From Dimorphilus gyrociliatus (lineage: Eukaryota > Animalia > Annelida), in contig CAJFCJ010000002.1 in the NCBI GenBank assembly GCA_904063045.1, positions 4,497,645 to 4,561,644 of the forward strand: a stretch of 64,000 nucleotides of DNA. The letters run 5' to 3'. Of the stretch, positions 12,801 to 24,479 are shown piece after piece (position 1 is the stretch's first letter; every line of letters starts with the position of its first letter). Under the pieces are notes generated by a model. The model worked only from the letters and a program-made list of their open reading frames with translations, had not been told where the DNA came from and searched no databases. The position numbers were made by a program, and so were the translations under genes.

Positions 12801-13412
12801 TCCAGACGCGAATGTCTCGCTCAAACTTTGTATATCGTAGTCGTCTCCATTACTCTCAAAATCGGAGAAATTTTTTCTATTCTCCGTCTTGTAATAGGCA
12901 TCTTCATAGTTATTATTTGGTCGACCATATGATTTCCTTCCATAGCTATATCCACTTTTGTAAGGATGACTATCAGTAAAAGTTTTTTTACTACGCTTAT
13001 AAACGTATCCGTTGTTGTGATATTTTCTTTTCGTTCCCCAAATTCTATCATCTTGCTTTCTATAATCGATATCGCGAGAAAATTTAGTAAATTTTCCCAA
13101 AGCGCTTGAATGAAAACTTGTTGATTCCTTAGAGTTATAATTAATTGCTCCTCTACGTTTATAACTATGGTTAGTATTTTCACTGATAAACCTATCATCA
13201 GCCTCATTATATTCATCATTCTCATCATTAAAATTGTATGGATATCGGTCATATCGTGATTCTTGAATGATATTATGTTCAAACGAATTACTTACAACTT
13301 CTGATTGATGTTTAGAATGTCCATTATAACTAGTTCGCCATGTTTGTTCTTTACGATGCCCCTCAAAATCTTGAGCCGAAGGATGACCACTTCTATATGA
13401 ATATCTGCTCAT
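9831..13412 (-). CDS. Intronless 1193-aa protein: low-complexity N-terminal half plus about 7 dispersed C2H2/C2HC-like zinc fingers
   Basis: Fingers include CINC...HLRTTNH, CEKC...HLEEKEC, CQEC...HVLSTRH, CHCC...HLKQNCH, CPEC...HFLTHH, CETC...HWKEYEDH, CLYC...HNTNKH. A splice acceptor lies just upstream of the ATG (5' UTR intron). Confidence 0.75.
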   Translation of the reverse strand: MSRYSYRSGHPSAQDFEGHRKEQTWRTSYNGHSKHQSEVVSNSFEHNIIQESRYDRYPYNFNDENDEYNEADDRFISENTNHSYKRRGAINYNSKESTSFHSSALGKFTKFSRDIDYRKQDDRIWGTKRKYHNNGYVYKRSKKTFTDSHPYKSGYSYGRKSYGRPNNNYEDAYYKTENRKNFSDFESNGDDYDIQSLSETFASGYTSRTNSPPWPTYEREQLDRKKTTNQLSDDEWIPNRNKFREEQFDSVQVRKNGTNHSTQTRCSVNYISESGLDYSRKASSSTKKDTLKNSVYRRESLNHNSNKLRNFREDDKLEKSGKSLSIAVESEYDSIDRNSNFKIAETIFNRVFSNDKKNTPTITEDSFMDVDYRRREDSNTNIKSFHSSLKNNRESKNASHISKTIFNDKDKMLSYKKSQSKHKKGKKCVNLQTDTNKKNLDIDDTTNISIEIDRKNRQKVYRPYDNSLRIVKNKDSDIEHERKVEKAEPTAENVVIVSPPKTNETFGEKIKISRKYDKDTGKITNELKSSTLGKDSPVEVILSPFSTANSDDYFFQSLVEESNSLKEGKMSKSSENKISQSNVWKRLGNRKEKADIDQNNNKAYNKELKKEESYKTFQSSEEDDSNEKANFIDLKDVLKRDQIESHENKIQKLKIDSLVHKDLDLRCENVTYSCTEKTKYAEESKTDDISKNLQNDNTSRTIENLSKNNKLKKHMIYKCINCEFYTPKIEIIKEHLRTTNHYSASTYEAEDSLSNLLIYRVKSQFSAGGIFETIDHNTLACLKGFCEEGDYLEYPILPDVEFIILSCEKCNFIETNIDKASDHLEEKECADASIECLKVDKSGNSLETLFKLDKKPAVLTYRCQECNYVSECRNDGIQHVLSTRHERMKRELRKSHLEMPSDTKLGCNVIFAEYREALLLIVYNRLRKELKEVKADESIKVAYKCHCCNFFSGSSQSLLNHLKQNCHVSGCEMICKFGEKGPIPIFAKRNILNVGKENKMEIFCPECYKLFKCIRDCSDHFLTHHEICDINYLFGCYSVSLKLEEKRLEFSSKACETCETQFENHLKLIEHWKEYEDHTPVNINSILKPLNSIIKYSCLYCSYGSEDYTEIILHNTNKHSYSSMNFIMKRYSIPYERYSFIPELSDLINIIDCGKKNQCSYPRDKCDHLKESFLTELHKFEDLKLDRYLMTRQ

Positions 13413-14555
13413 ATCTGTCAGAATATTCTCGTCTTGAAGTATCTATTTAAAGAAGAAAAGTGTGAATATCTCTATTGAAAGCATTTAGTGGTAAAAAGTT
13501 TTTTAATTATACTTCAATTCAAGAAAAATCAAGAAAAATCAATTCTTACATCTGAGCAAAGACAAGAAACTAAATACTTGAATACGCACAAAAACACACG
13601 ATTCAAAATACTATTGAAAGTATGGCCTATTATTTATTACCCTAGCAGGCAGATTAATGTTAAATTCATAGTAAACAAAACATCTTTCCTCCTTCAGAAA
13701 GAGGATCTTTACACAAATCTTAGTACTATGTTGTTTAGGAGATATAATAAAAAGAATCGATTTATGAATTCATATCTCTTTTCTGTTACTTTATATTAAT
13801 TGATAATATACTAGGTAAGACAAGAAATATCTTCGAAATACTTCTATAAAGCAACTTTATCTTATTTGCTCGTATTTCCAGTCTTAATATAGTTTATACT
13901 ATCGCTCTTTCCCTTGTACTTGTTTAGTTATATCACCCCTCCTATATATGAATCACTAACCAGTATAATCTGGTGCTTCTAAAAATGTTACAACTTTAAT
14001 CAGACTCAAGTTTCAATCACCAATCAAATACGTTTATTTTTAAATACAATTTTTACTTACTCTTAATAACTTAATTATTAAATTGTATAATAAAAAATAT
14101 AATTACATGATATAAAAGTACCGCTGATTCCGTTCGTTTATTACAGAGACTTATGCTTTCCAAGTGTTATTGTCGATCCAATCTCATTCGCTAGCTTGAT
14201 CAACTTCCGTTGGTTTTTCACGCGCATATTTTTAAATTCTACGTTAGTTATCTTTGTAATTTTAATGTCTAAAATAATTTTTTTTCTTTATATTTCCTTA
14301 TAACAAAAAGAATTTACAATAAAGCAATTGATAGGTAATATCTGCTATCAATCTTTAGCGATAATAATCTCTAATGGTTATATAAACTAGAGATGGCGCT
14401 AGTTTCGTATTAGTCATAATCACTGCCCGACCTTAGCACAGCATATGTACTGCGCTTTAAACTGATAGTTATTAGTCGCCGTACTAAAAGAGATGACGCT
14501 GAATCAATGACAGGATGCTACTGGATACTATCTTTGGAAAATTGGAATAATTATC

Positions 14556-15763
14556 ATGCTTGGTGTACTATTTTTTAGCTTCTTGTTTGTTCTGCATAGC
14601 AACGCCTACGAAATTGAATTCTCTCCTGCAGAAATTCAGGTACAAGTTGCAAAAAATGCAACCACTAATTTGTTAGTAAAAACGAAAATAGAACAAGGAG
14701 CACAAGTGGAATTTCTATACGTTAAAGCAGAAAAGAGACCCTTAAAATGTTTACCTCCCTCCTCAATTATATCACAAATAAAAAATTTTCAGTGGAAAAA
14801 TAGTTCTATAAGGGAAAAGACTATTCAAATAACTGGCAACAGAGTCGGAAGGATTTATGTAACAATCAATGCAACTAAGTTAGATCTTCAAAAGACAGAT
14901 ATTAACTTTGTAAAAGTTTCAGTGATACATAGCTCAGTTCTCTCTATATTCAATGCTATAATAGGATGGCTTTACTTTTTAGCTTGGTCAGTCTCTTTTT
15001 ATCCTCAAATCTATTCCAATTTTGTTAGAAAAAGCGTGGTTGGTTTAAATTTTGACTTTGTATCATTTAATCTTCTTGGTTTTTTCTGCTATTCCATGTT
15101 TAATATAGGTAAATTTAACAGTTTTAGTTATTAATTTGTTTAATACATTATAATTTTTTACTTACAGGCTTATATTGGATTCCAACTGTTAAGAAGGAAT
15201 ATTTCCTAGCTCATCCACTTGGTGTTAATCCTGTTCTATTAAATGATGTTGTGTTCGCTTTACATGCCGTAGTCGCAACCACTATAACCGTAACTCAATG
15301 CCTAATCTATTATAGAGGAGATCAGCGAATATCTAAGACTGCCCTCGTAATACTCTCTCTTACTAGTGTAGCATTAGTTATTAGTCTATTTGTAGCTGTT
15401 GGAGGTAAAATAACTTGGTTGGTTTACCTCCAAATATTTTCCTATGTAAAATTAGTAGTTACTCTCATCAAATATATTCCACAAGCTTGGATGAACTTTC
15501 GCCGGAAAAGTACAGACGGTTGGAGTATTGGTAATGTTTTGTTAGATTTTACTGGCGGTTCCCTAAGCATCTTACAAATGTTCCTGCAATCGTACAACAA
15601 TAACGATTGGACAACTATATTTGGAGATTTTACCAAGTTTGGTCTAGGATTATTTTCTGTGCTATTTGACTGTCTATTTATAGTTCAACATTATATTCTG
15701 TATAAAGCTACAGAAGGTTATGCGAATATAGAGAGCGAGCAGGAGCTACTTTCTGAAGACTAA
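14556..15763 (+). CDS. CTNS: Cystinosin, lysosomal cystine transporter (2 coding exons)
   Basis: Signal peptide; two PQ-loops (SFYPQ, KYIPQA...STDGWSIGNVLLDFTGG); intron 15109-15167 restores NIGLYWIP...GVNPVLLNDVVFALHA; C-terminal GYANI. Confidence 0.96.
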
Positions 15764-15809
15764 TCCATATATTTACACTATATCTTGAATTTATACCAAT
15801 TGTATATAC

Positions 15810-15817
<8 letters not shown>

Positions 15818-15855
<38 letters not shown>
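15818..15855. repeat. (AT)n microsatellite
   Basis: Uninterrupted AT dinucleotide run downstream of the CTNS stop. Confidence 0.9.
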
Positions 15856-15859
<4 letters not shown>

Positions 15860-16731
15860 AAAACACAGATGCTTCCAATATACTCACTCAAACACAAAAT
15901 ACAAAGATAATACTTAATTCATGGTCGTCTTCTGTATTGTAGAAAAAAAGAGGGAGAGAAATAGACCATTTTGCTGTTTTACACAAACTGTTACCATTTT
16001 TTTAGTATTGTATATGCTTTTAAAAAGAGTAGATAATTGATTATTTAAAAACGCCAAAATTACATATGTTGTCCTTGATAGTTTATTCAATTTTACATTA
16101 GTACTATATATAACTTTAAAAATTTCAGTTTCGAACTCTTAATAGTAATTTGTTTATCTAAAATATAATAGAAGATTGGAATATGCAATTTTACATGACT
16201 TTCTAAAATAAGCATCTGTTCTCGACCCAGTTTTTGGTCTTTTTAAAACCTGCATACACATCCAATGTTTCACTGAATCAGAAAGTATAGTTATTGAAGG
16301 AATATTTCGCTTCAACTTGTAAAGTATCTGCCCGACCTACCAGTTATTAAAATTGGGTTAGGTTAGTTATAAAGTATTTGAATAAATTCTTTTTGTGTTC
16401 AACAATAAATATTCGCTAAATCAATATTTGGATTGAAAATGTACTATATACACTTTAATAACTACATCATGCTTTTTCTATTACTCCCCTAGCGGACAAT
16501 TCAAAAGTTTAATTTTTCGGTCATACATAGAGGTCACTATTAACCAATGTCTCCCATAGGCTTTACGTTCAGGACAATTCGTTTGTTAACGTCGCGTAGC
16601 AGATTCATAGCATCCATATCAATCTGTCAATCTACTAATCTAGTACATATTTCTATTGTAGTCTACTATCGCTTATTAACTGAGTTGTTTATTTTTAGCA
16701 TTTCTATTCAACAAAAGTTAACTCACTTGCT

Positions 16732-18067
16732 ATGAAAGGTATCCGAGTCGAAGAGTTTGGAGATCCATCCGTACTAAATTACGTTACGGACTTAGAGATA
16801 CCAAAACCAACTGGTAGCCAAGTTCTTGTTCGGATCAAAGCAGTTGGCATAAATCCTGTTGAGACATACATTCGCAGTGGCACATATGCCAGGAAACCCG
16901 ATTTGCCTTATACTCCTGGAACTGATAGTGCCGGTATTGTTGAATCAGTAGGAAATACTGTAGCAGTATTAAAAGTAAGGCTTTGTTATATTCCATTTTT
17001 AATTCCATTCTATTTTCGATATACTATTTTGATCAACAGCCTGGACAAAGAGTATACACAACAGCTTCTCTAACTGGTACCTACGCTGAATATTGTTTAG
17101 TCGAAGAGAATCATGTATATCCTCTACCTGAAAATATCACTTTTGAGCAAGGTGCTTGTTTATCAATACCTTACTATACTGCTCATAGAGCAATTTTTCT
17201 CAAGTAAGATGTCCCCTAGTGATCAAAATATTTCCTACTTTCGATTCTATTCAGGGGCGGAGCTAAGCCTGGTCAAAATATTTTTATTCATGGAGCAAGC
17301 GGCGCAGTAATTTTTTCTTCATAAAATAAGTATTACAATTAATTAAAATGTTATTAGGTGGGATTAGCTGCGTGTCAAATGGCAGCTGCAAATGGCCTTA
17401 AAGTATTCGGTACCGCAGGAACTGAAGAAGGAATTAAAATAGTCAAACAGAACGGCGCCATTGAGTGTTTTAATCATAGAAAAGAAAATTATATGGAGGA
17501 TTTAATGGTTAAACATATTAACGATATTACTTTCTTGAATAATTTAAGACTCTTAACCTTAATAGAAAGCAACCGGTGGCAGAGGATTCAATATCATCGT
17601 TGAAATGCTTGCAAATGTGAATCTTGTAGCGGATACAACAGTTTTAACAGACGATGGAATAATTCTTGTAATAAATAATAACATATGTTTACATTAAACT
17701 TTTCTAACAAAAGAGTAAATTTTTCCTTAAAGATTGTTGGGAATCGAGGTAGTTTAGAGTTCAATCCAAGATGTTTAATGCCAAAAGAACTAGCAATTCG
17801 AGGAATTGCTTTAGCCCATGGATCTTTGGTTAGTAAATTCTTAAATTAAATCAATTTACTAGCTTTCGCTAATATTTTATAATATTCGTGTAATTGTAGG
17901 ATGAAAAGAAGGAGGCTGCTAAGTTTTTGGATGAAGGAATGAGAAAAAATTTGCTAAATCCAATTGTTTATAAGACCTTTAATTTGAAAGATACTGCAAA
18001 AGCTCATATTGAAGTTATAGAACACTCTGGAGGGAGCAAAGGAAATATCGTTGTTCAAATTGATTGA
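16732..18067 (+). CDS. CRYZ: Quinone oxidoreductase / zeta-crystallin, copy 1 (7 exons, intact)
   Basis: [50 protein letters not shown]; all six introns are GT-AG and in frame; stop at 18065-18067. Confidence 0.93.
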
Positions 18068-18460
18068 TTAGAATAACAAATATATTTTAATATTATTTTT
18101 GATCAGTTTGCTTTTATTCTTCATAAATAAATATCTCTGAAATTGATAATGTTATTAACAGTAATCGTATATCGGACTCTAGTGAAAGGTTACGACCTAC
18201 TCAAAAACAAAACTCTGCCGCGTAAGAATGATAGAGCATAGCTTCCATAAAAACTCCGTTAGAGGTCCTCTTGATATTTCAGTAGTCATGCAAAACTGTT
18301 CATTGAACTTTTCGTCTCAAAGTAATCAACACTCTATACAATCTTATCACTTAGAGTAAATAGAGTACTTTTGTAGGACAAATCATATTGCAGATTACAA
18401 TTTTCTAGAAGTCATTGTATAATATCGAGGATTTGAATTGAATTGTCATCATTACAAATC

Positions 18461-19799
18461 ATGAATGGAATAAGAGTGGAAAGCTTTGGAGAACCATCAG
18501 TCCTAAAATATGTCAAAGATTTAAAGAAACCGGCACCTTCGGGAAAGCAAATTCTTATTCGTATGAAGGCAGCTGGTGTTAATCCGCTTGAAACATACAT
18601 AAGATCAGGAGGCTTCCCTTCTCTACCTAAACTACCCTACACACCAGGTACTGATGGTGCAGGTATTATCGAAGATATTGGCAGGGAGGTTACCAAATTT
18701 AAGGTATGATATGAAAAATCAATTAACTGACCCTTTTTTTTGAACATTTACACATTGAGCATAATAGAGTATTCATCTAATATTTATAGAAAGGCGATAG
18801 GGTCTACACCACAAATTCCATTACTGGAACCTATGCAGAATATAGTTTAGTAGAAGAAGCCGACGTCCACCTACTTCATAAAAACTTGTCCTTTGCTGAT
18901 GGCGCTAGTCTTTTTATACCATATTACACTGCTTTTAGAGCTGTTTTTACTAAGTAAATAAATTACATAAGATCATTTCATTTCTAGATTATCAAATTTC
19001 CATTACAGAGGCATGGGTATAGCAGGAAAACATATACTTGTTCATGGGGCTAGCGGAGCTGTAAGTTTAAGACTTTGCCGCTGTTAAAATAATAAAACCT
19101 TCTCCATAGGTAGGAATTGCTGTTTGTCAAATGGCTGCGGCAGGAGGCTTAATCGTTGTTGGAACAGCTGGAACTGATGAAGGTATCGATATGGTAAAAA
19201 AAAATGGTGCATCTCACTGCTTCAATCATAGAAAAGCTGGTTATATAGATCAAGCAGTGGTAAACATTATAATATAAATTTTATCAAGAATAATACAATT
19301 GCAAATAGGCTATTACTGGAGGAAAAGGTTTCGATATTATTGTAGAGATGTTAGCTAATACCAATTTAAATGCTGATTTGAGTGTGGCTGCACGAAAGGG
19401 AAAAGTTTTGGTTTGAAATAATATAGATTCTTTAGTTTTAATCTCTTAAGCATTTTGTATTTGCAGATTATTGGATGTCGAGGCACTGTTGACAACTTTG
19501 ATCCATTCCCTATGATGCTAAAGGAGATTCAAGTAGAAGGAATTCTTGTTTTTGGAGCAACTTCGGTTTGTTAATAGAGAGATTATTTTAACATTAAAAT
19601 CCCATTCAATACTTGAAATTATATTCATCAGAAACAAATGGTGGAATGTGCAGACTTCCTATATTCAGGAATGGAAAAAGGGTGGCTTAAACCTGTCATA
19701 GATGTCCCGTATGATCTTAGTGATGCAGAAGAAGCACACAAAGAAGTTATAGATCACAAAAAGGGAACAAATGGAAAAATCGTTCTAAATATCAAATGA
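18461..19799 (+). CDS. CRYZ: Quinone oxidoreductase / zeta-crystallin, copy 2 (7 exons, intact tandem paralog)
   Basis: [10 protein letters not shown]...[35 protein letters not shown]; same intron positions as copy 1; stop at 19797-19799. Confidence 0.92.
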
Positions 19800-19891
19800 A
19801 ACTAAAAAATGTATACAAAACAACTTCGTTTATTCTGTATCAATACGTACCATTTGGAATGTTAATTAAATACAATAAGTTAATTGAGTGT

Positions 19892-22800
19892 TTAAAAAAC
19901 AGGCTTATGTTTTTTAACTTCAACCATTACTTGATGAATATTAAGCAGTTCCTTATGAATTCCAAGAGCTTTAAGCATTCCTGTTCCTAATATTTTATGA
20001 AAACGAACATAATATTGCACCATTTGCGTTAGTGTACCCTGGATAAGAAAAGCATATATATTTAATGATATTTCATTGATATTACTGCTAATGGAAAGAT
20101 AACATTAGCAGCTATTACATTGTAAAACAATCAACACACCTGTAGAATTTGAGTACCATTCTTAAAGTTTGTAAACGATTTCATAATTTGACTATTAATA
20201 GATTCTATAGCTCTTTTCCAATCAGTATTGAATCCTCTAACTATCTGATTAATTCTTGCTTCCTGCTGTTTTAAACCATCCGATCCTCCTCTTTCTACTA
20301 TATCTTCTGCCTCTTTCACAAACATAATCATACCCCCAAAATGTGGCATAAGAGTTTCTTCTATGTACTCGTGAGTGCGAGCTGCTAATTGTTGCTTAAA
20401 GGTCTCACTCTCTTTCGAATCATCCGTTGTTCTCTCTAGAATCACTGAGAGCATCATATCGTAATTATTGATAAGAAAAACTAATTGTTCTCTCCTGTCT
20501 GGAAATTCTGCTGCCATCCGTAATATAAAATTTTCTACTTCAGCCTGTTGAAATGGATAAGCATAAGAAATCTTTTAAAAAATAACTTTTATCTAGTTGT
20601 TACCTGTAGGCCCGCCAACAATTTTTCAACTCTTTCCGACGGGAATGACTCATTTAATCCGACAATCGCTGCTGAAAACTCAGCATATCTTCTAGTTATC
20701 TATTTTAATTTAAAAATCTATAAATGGGATTTGCAATTTAACCAAAAAATTAAATATCTTACATAATGAGGTCGTTCATCGATATTTCTAAGTCTTGCGG
20801 GGTCACATTCTCTGACACTATGAATATTCATTTGTAAAATGAACTCAAAACGCGGCCATAGAAGGTGTAAGAGAGAATCCCAATACCTTATGAATTATAA
20901 AATATGATTTTATATTTAAAAACTTTCCTATATATTTATATATTACTGACTTATTTAAAGCTGGTGTACTCCTTTTATGCATTAAAACCTGATATCTTAG
21001 AATAATATGTATACAGAGAAACATAGCTATAGAATCATAACTTTCCATAATGTAAGATTCAGTTTGTTTCTGGAAAGAAAATTTGTAAAAATACGTGTTT
21101 TTTTCAATCATGAACAAAATCTTACGTAAAACATTGAAACTGTTTTATGCATAACAGCATTAAATAGATCCTGAGCAGAATTTCCGGACACGCAAAAGAA
21201 TTCAGATAGAAATAAATATTCTCTACAGCCATTGTCTACCAAGGCATAATGCTGAGATCTAAACAAACTTTCGAAAGAATATCGCTGATCAGTCGTCTTA
21301 GCAGCGTGCGGTACAATAATTGAAGCTTCTAGCTCAGAAGTCAGAACACTTCCTCGATTTCCCAAAGTGAAAATTGTTGATCGATTTTTGAGAATGGGCT
21401 TTGAGAAAATTCGTAAAAAATTTTGTTAAGGATAGTTCTTACAAGAGGAAGAAGAGATTGTAATGAAAAGACTGAAAACTGTTAAAAATCTTTCAAAAGG
21501 ATATCTCTTTTAGCTGTGTCTTCAACGGCCATAAGATCATCTTTGTCTGCTACCTCATCATACTGTTTATGCAAAGGTGAAAATAGTCGGGACTTCTTTT
21601 CTTGAAATTAATAAAACGAACCTGTAATTTCATAATTCTAGTAGAGTATCCCTTGAAATAAGAGTAGTAAATTTTGCTCATGGTGTCAATGTACTCATCC
21701 CTTATTTCTTTTGCCACTGCTCTTTCATTGGCAATTAGGAATTCGTTGAAAAATCTTCAATCAAAGTGAAAAAACGTTAGAGTTTCTCGCAATATTCAAG
21801 ATAACTTACCTAAACTTTAGTAGAGCATCTTGAGGTATTTGATAATTAGTTAAAGGTTTCTTGAACTGATAAACTTTAGATAGGAGGAATTCTCTAATTT
21901 TACTTATTGCCTAAAATCATTAAAGTACGATATATTTGGATTCAGTTTCTTAGTAGCTTGGGAATGTTTTACCTTTATTTTTAGCTTTTCAAGAGTATCC
22001 TTAACATCTAAACATGACTTAGCATCCTTAAAAGATTGTTCTTTCACAAAATTTATTTTATGATTAAGTTCCATTAGATTTTCTTGAAACTCTCTTTCAG
22101 TAACTGGAGTTTCCAAAATATGTCTGGAATGAAAAATTAGACACTGAAGAATCGCTAAAGGCGCCTTTTAAGTGAATTTACTCAATCATTTTTTTCGGTA
22201 TAACCATCTCATCCACAAATTGGCTTAATTCACCTCGTACGGATTGTCTATTCTTTAGTTTAACATTCATTTCAACACTTTGTCTTTGAAGTTTTTGAAT
22301 TTCTGAACTTATGGAACTCAAATCAGTTTGAAATCCGTTGAGCATACCTTCCATTCGCTACAAAATATTAAATAAAAATGGTATCAAGTGGAAAAATAAC
22401 TGGGACATACTTCAAGAATCGAGTCGCAGTTTGTCATTTGCTTGTGAAGTTTTGCTATGTTTTTGCTCTCCTTAATATCTGTTAAATGATAGATTTAAAA
22501 AAATTTAGACACAAGTAAAAAAGATTTACAGTCTTGAATGGAATTGTTCTCTACTTCCAATAATTCCGTCTCAACTTGCTTTGAATAATGCCGAAGATCG
22601 AGGCCCTTTTCAAGGGCCTCTTTTACAATTGGATCCTCCAAGTTCTCTTGAATATATACTGTTGAATAATTTTTAAGTTGAAATATGTTTAAAACGTATT
22701 TGTATAAAATGTTGCCTAGAAGGCTGTTTTTTGTAGTATTAAAATTTAATTTATATTTCCTGTATTGTCATTTTTTTTTCTTTGAAAAGTAATGTGAATT

Positions 22801-23014
22801 TTAGTAGTTAGAAGAAAAGAAAGTCATAAAAACTCACCATCTATTTCATCTAATAGATACTCATCAGAAGTTAAGTCTAAATTTCCTAAATCTAAATCCA
22901 ATTCCTAAAAAATGATAAGTAAAAGTTATAGCCACATCGAAATTTCAGATAAAAGAAGTCTTTAAAAAGAGTAGAAAAAACTTAAATTACATTTTTTAAT
23001 TCTGGAGCAGCCAT
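19892..23014 (-). CDS. VPS52: GARP/EARP complex subunit VPS52 (multi-exon)
   Basis: Spliced exons give GLDLRHYSKQVE, SLFRSQHYALVDNGCREYLF, ITRRYAEFSAA, FLINNYDMMLSV and C-terminal LLNIHQVMVEVKKHKPVF*. Confidence 0.96.
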
Positions 23015-23167
23015 GTTTATTGTTAAATTAAATAATGTTCGTAAAATTACTTCTAATATTTATATAAGATAAATAGATAATTTAAAAGAGAAAAAAAAAT
23101 TTACGTACCGAATACGAAAATGCGCTCGCCACGATATTTCCTTTTCCGCCGTAACTTTGCAGTAAAC
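23015..23167. promoter_or_regulatory. Bidirectional promoter of VPS52/RPS18 with TCT/5'-TOP motif
   Basis: 153 bp between opposing ATGs. TCCTTTTC at 23139-23146 fits the ribosomal-protein TCT initiator YYC(+1)TTTYY. Confidence 0.75.
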
Positions 23168-24157
23168 ATGGTATGTTTTCTGGATTACAAAAATCTTCAA
23201 ATATCTATAACTATTTACAATTAAATTACATTCCTAAAACAATACATGAATGATTGTTATTTTATCATGTTGTTGGTTTATTAATTGTTTGTGAAAATTT
23301 AGATATTTGGTAAAATTTTTAATTTTTTTTCAGGCGTCCGGATCACTCGTGCTACCTGAAAAATTTCAGCACATTTTGCGTATTATGAACACCAATATTG
23401 ATGGTAGACGCAAAATTCCTTATGCTCTGACCTCAATCAAGGTTTGTTTTATTTTTTTCGCCAGAATTTAGAGGATATTTCTGTTTGATAAAATTGAGAA
23501 ATTGTTACTCCCGTCCCGGCTAGACAATTATATTTAAAATAATATCAGTATTACAACAGTATTAAATTATTTTAATAGTTTCTCTAGCACATTATGCTAT
23601 AAATTACATGACAACTGAGATGTAATTATAAATTTGATCTTTCAGGGAATTGGTCGTCGTTATAGTCACGTCGTCTGCAAAAAAGCCGGCGTTGATGTTA
23701 GAAAGCGTGCTGGAGAATTGACCGAAGACGAGGTAAGAAAAATTCATATTAATTTCATCTAATATATGAAATGAAAACTTTACAGTTTACAATATTTGTA
23801 TATAATTTAAAATAACCTTCGTTTTTACATCGTTTAGAAATCATCCCAATAATTGTTTTTTTTATAATTATCATTTTTTGATTTCAGCAAGAAAAGATCA
23901 TTACCGTTATGTCTAACCCTAGACAATACAAGATTCCCGACTGGTTCTTGAACAGACAAAAAGATATCAAGGATGGTAAATTTTCCCAAGTTATGTCTAA
24001 TGCCTTGGATAACAAATTGCGTGAAGATTTGGAACGCCTGAAGAAAATCAGAGCTCACCGTGGTCTTCGTCATTATTGGGGTCTTCGTGTTAGAGGTCAA
24101 CACACTAAGACTACTGGAAGAAGAGGCAGAACTGTTGGTGTGTCCAAGAAGAAGTAA
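23168..24157 (+). CDS. RPS18: 40S ribosomal protein S18 (uS13), 4 coding exons
   Basis: ATG|intron; exons 23334-23441, 23646-23732 and 23888-24157 give [21 protein letters not shown]...RAGEL...[21 protein letters not shown]. Confidence 0.98.
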
Positions 24158-24479
24158 ATGTTAGCGATCGATTTCTGAATACACGTTTTGACGATGTAAA
24201 CTGAAGAATTTTTGTTAATTTAAGCATTCATACAAAATATCAATTAAATGTAAAACATACGCATCAGTTAAAAATTTTCTTTTTTCACCGGAATTATTAA
24301 TATAGCGGGCAAATTAAAGGGAGCCACAAGATGGCAGCGCTAAGTGTGGATACCACAATCTGTTCGAGTTTGTTTTATTGTAATGAGCGATATTATAGGA
24401 TCGAATAAAAATTACCTAAAAGTGTTTTTATAACTAACTAATTTGAGATTTCTAATTAAGAGCCAACTTTAGTCAAAAA

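Noticed and set aside
9831-13412. Possibility that the long intronless ORF is a transposon gene
   Set aside because: No RT, integrase, DDE or gag-knuckle motifs and no terminal repeats.
15900-16620. Possible small minus-strand gene between CTNS and CRYZ (MDAMNLLRDVNKRIVL..., VGQILYKLKRNIPS...)
   Set aside because: The segments could not be joined in phase and show no recognisable homology.
23442-23645. Possible intronic snoRNA in RPS18 intron 2 (GC-rich TACTCCCCGTCCCGGC flanked by AATTGT/ACAATT, an AGACAA H-box-like hexamer, and an AATTACAT/ATGTAATT hairpin)
   Set aside because: No matching second guide strand, H-box spacing is off, and there is no clean C/D pair; it needs Infernal/Rfam or small-RNA data.
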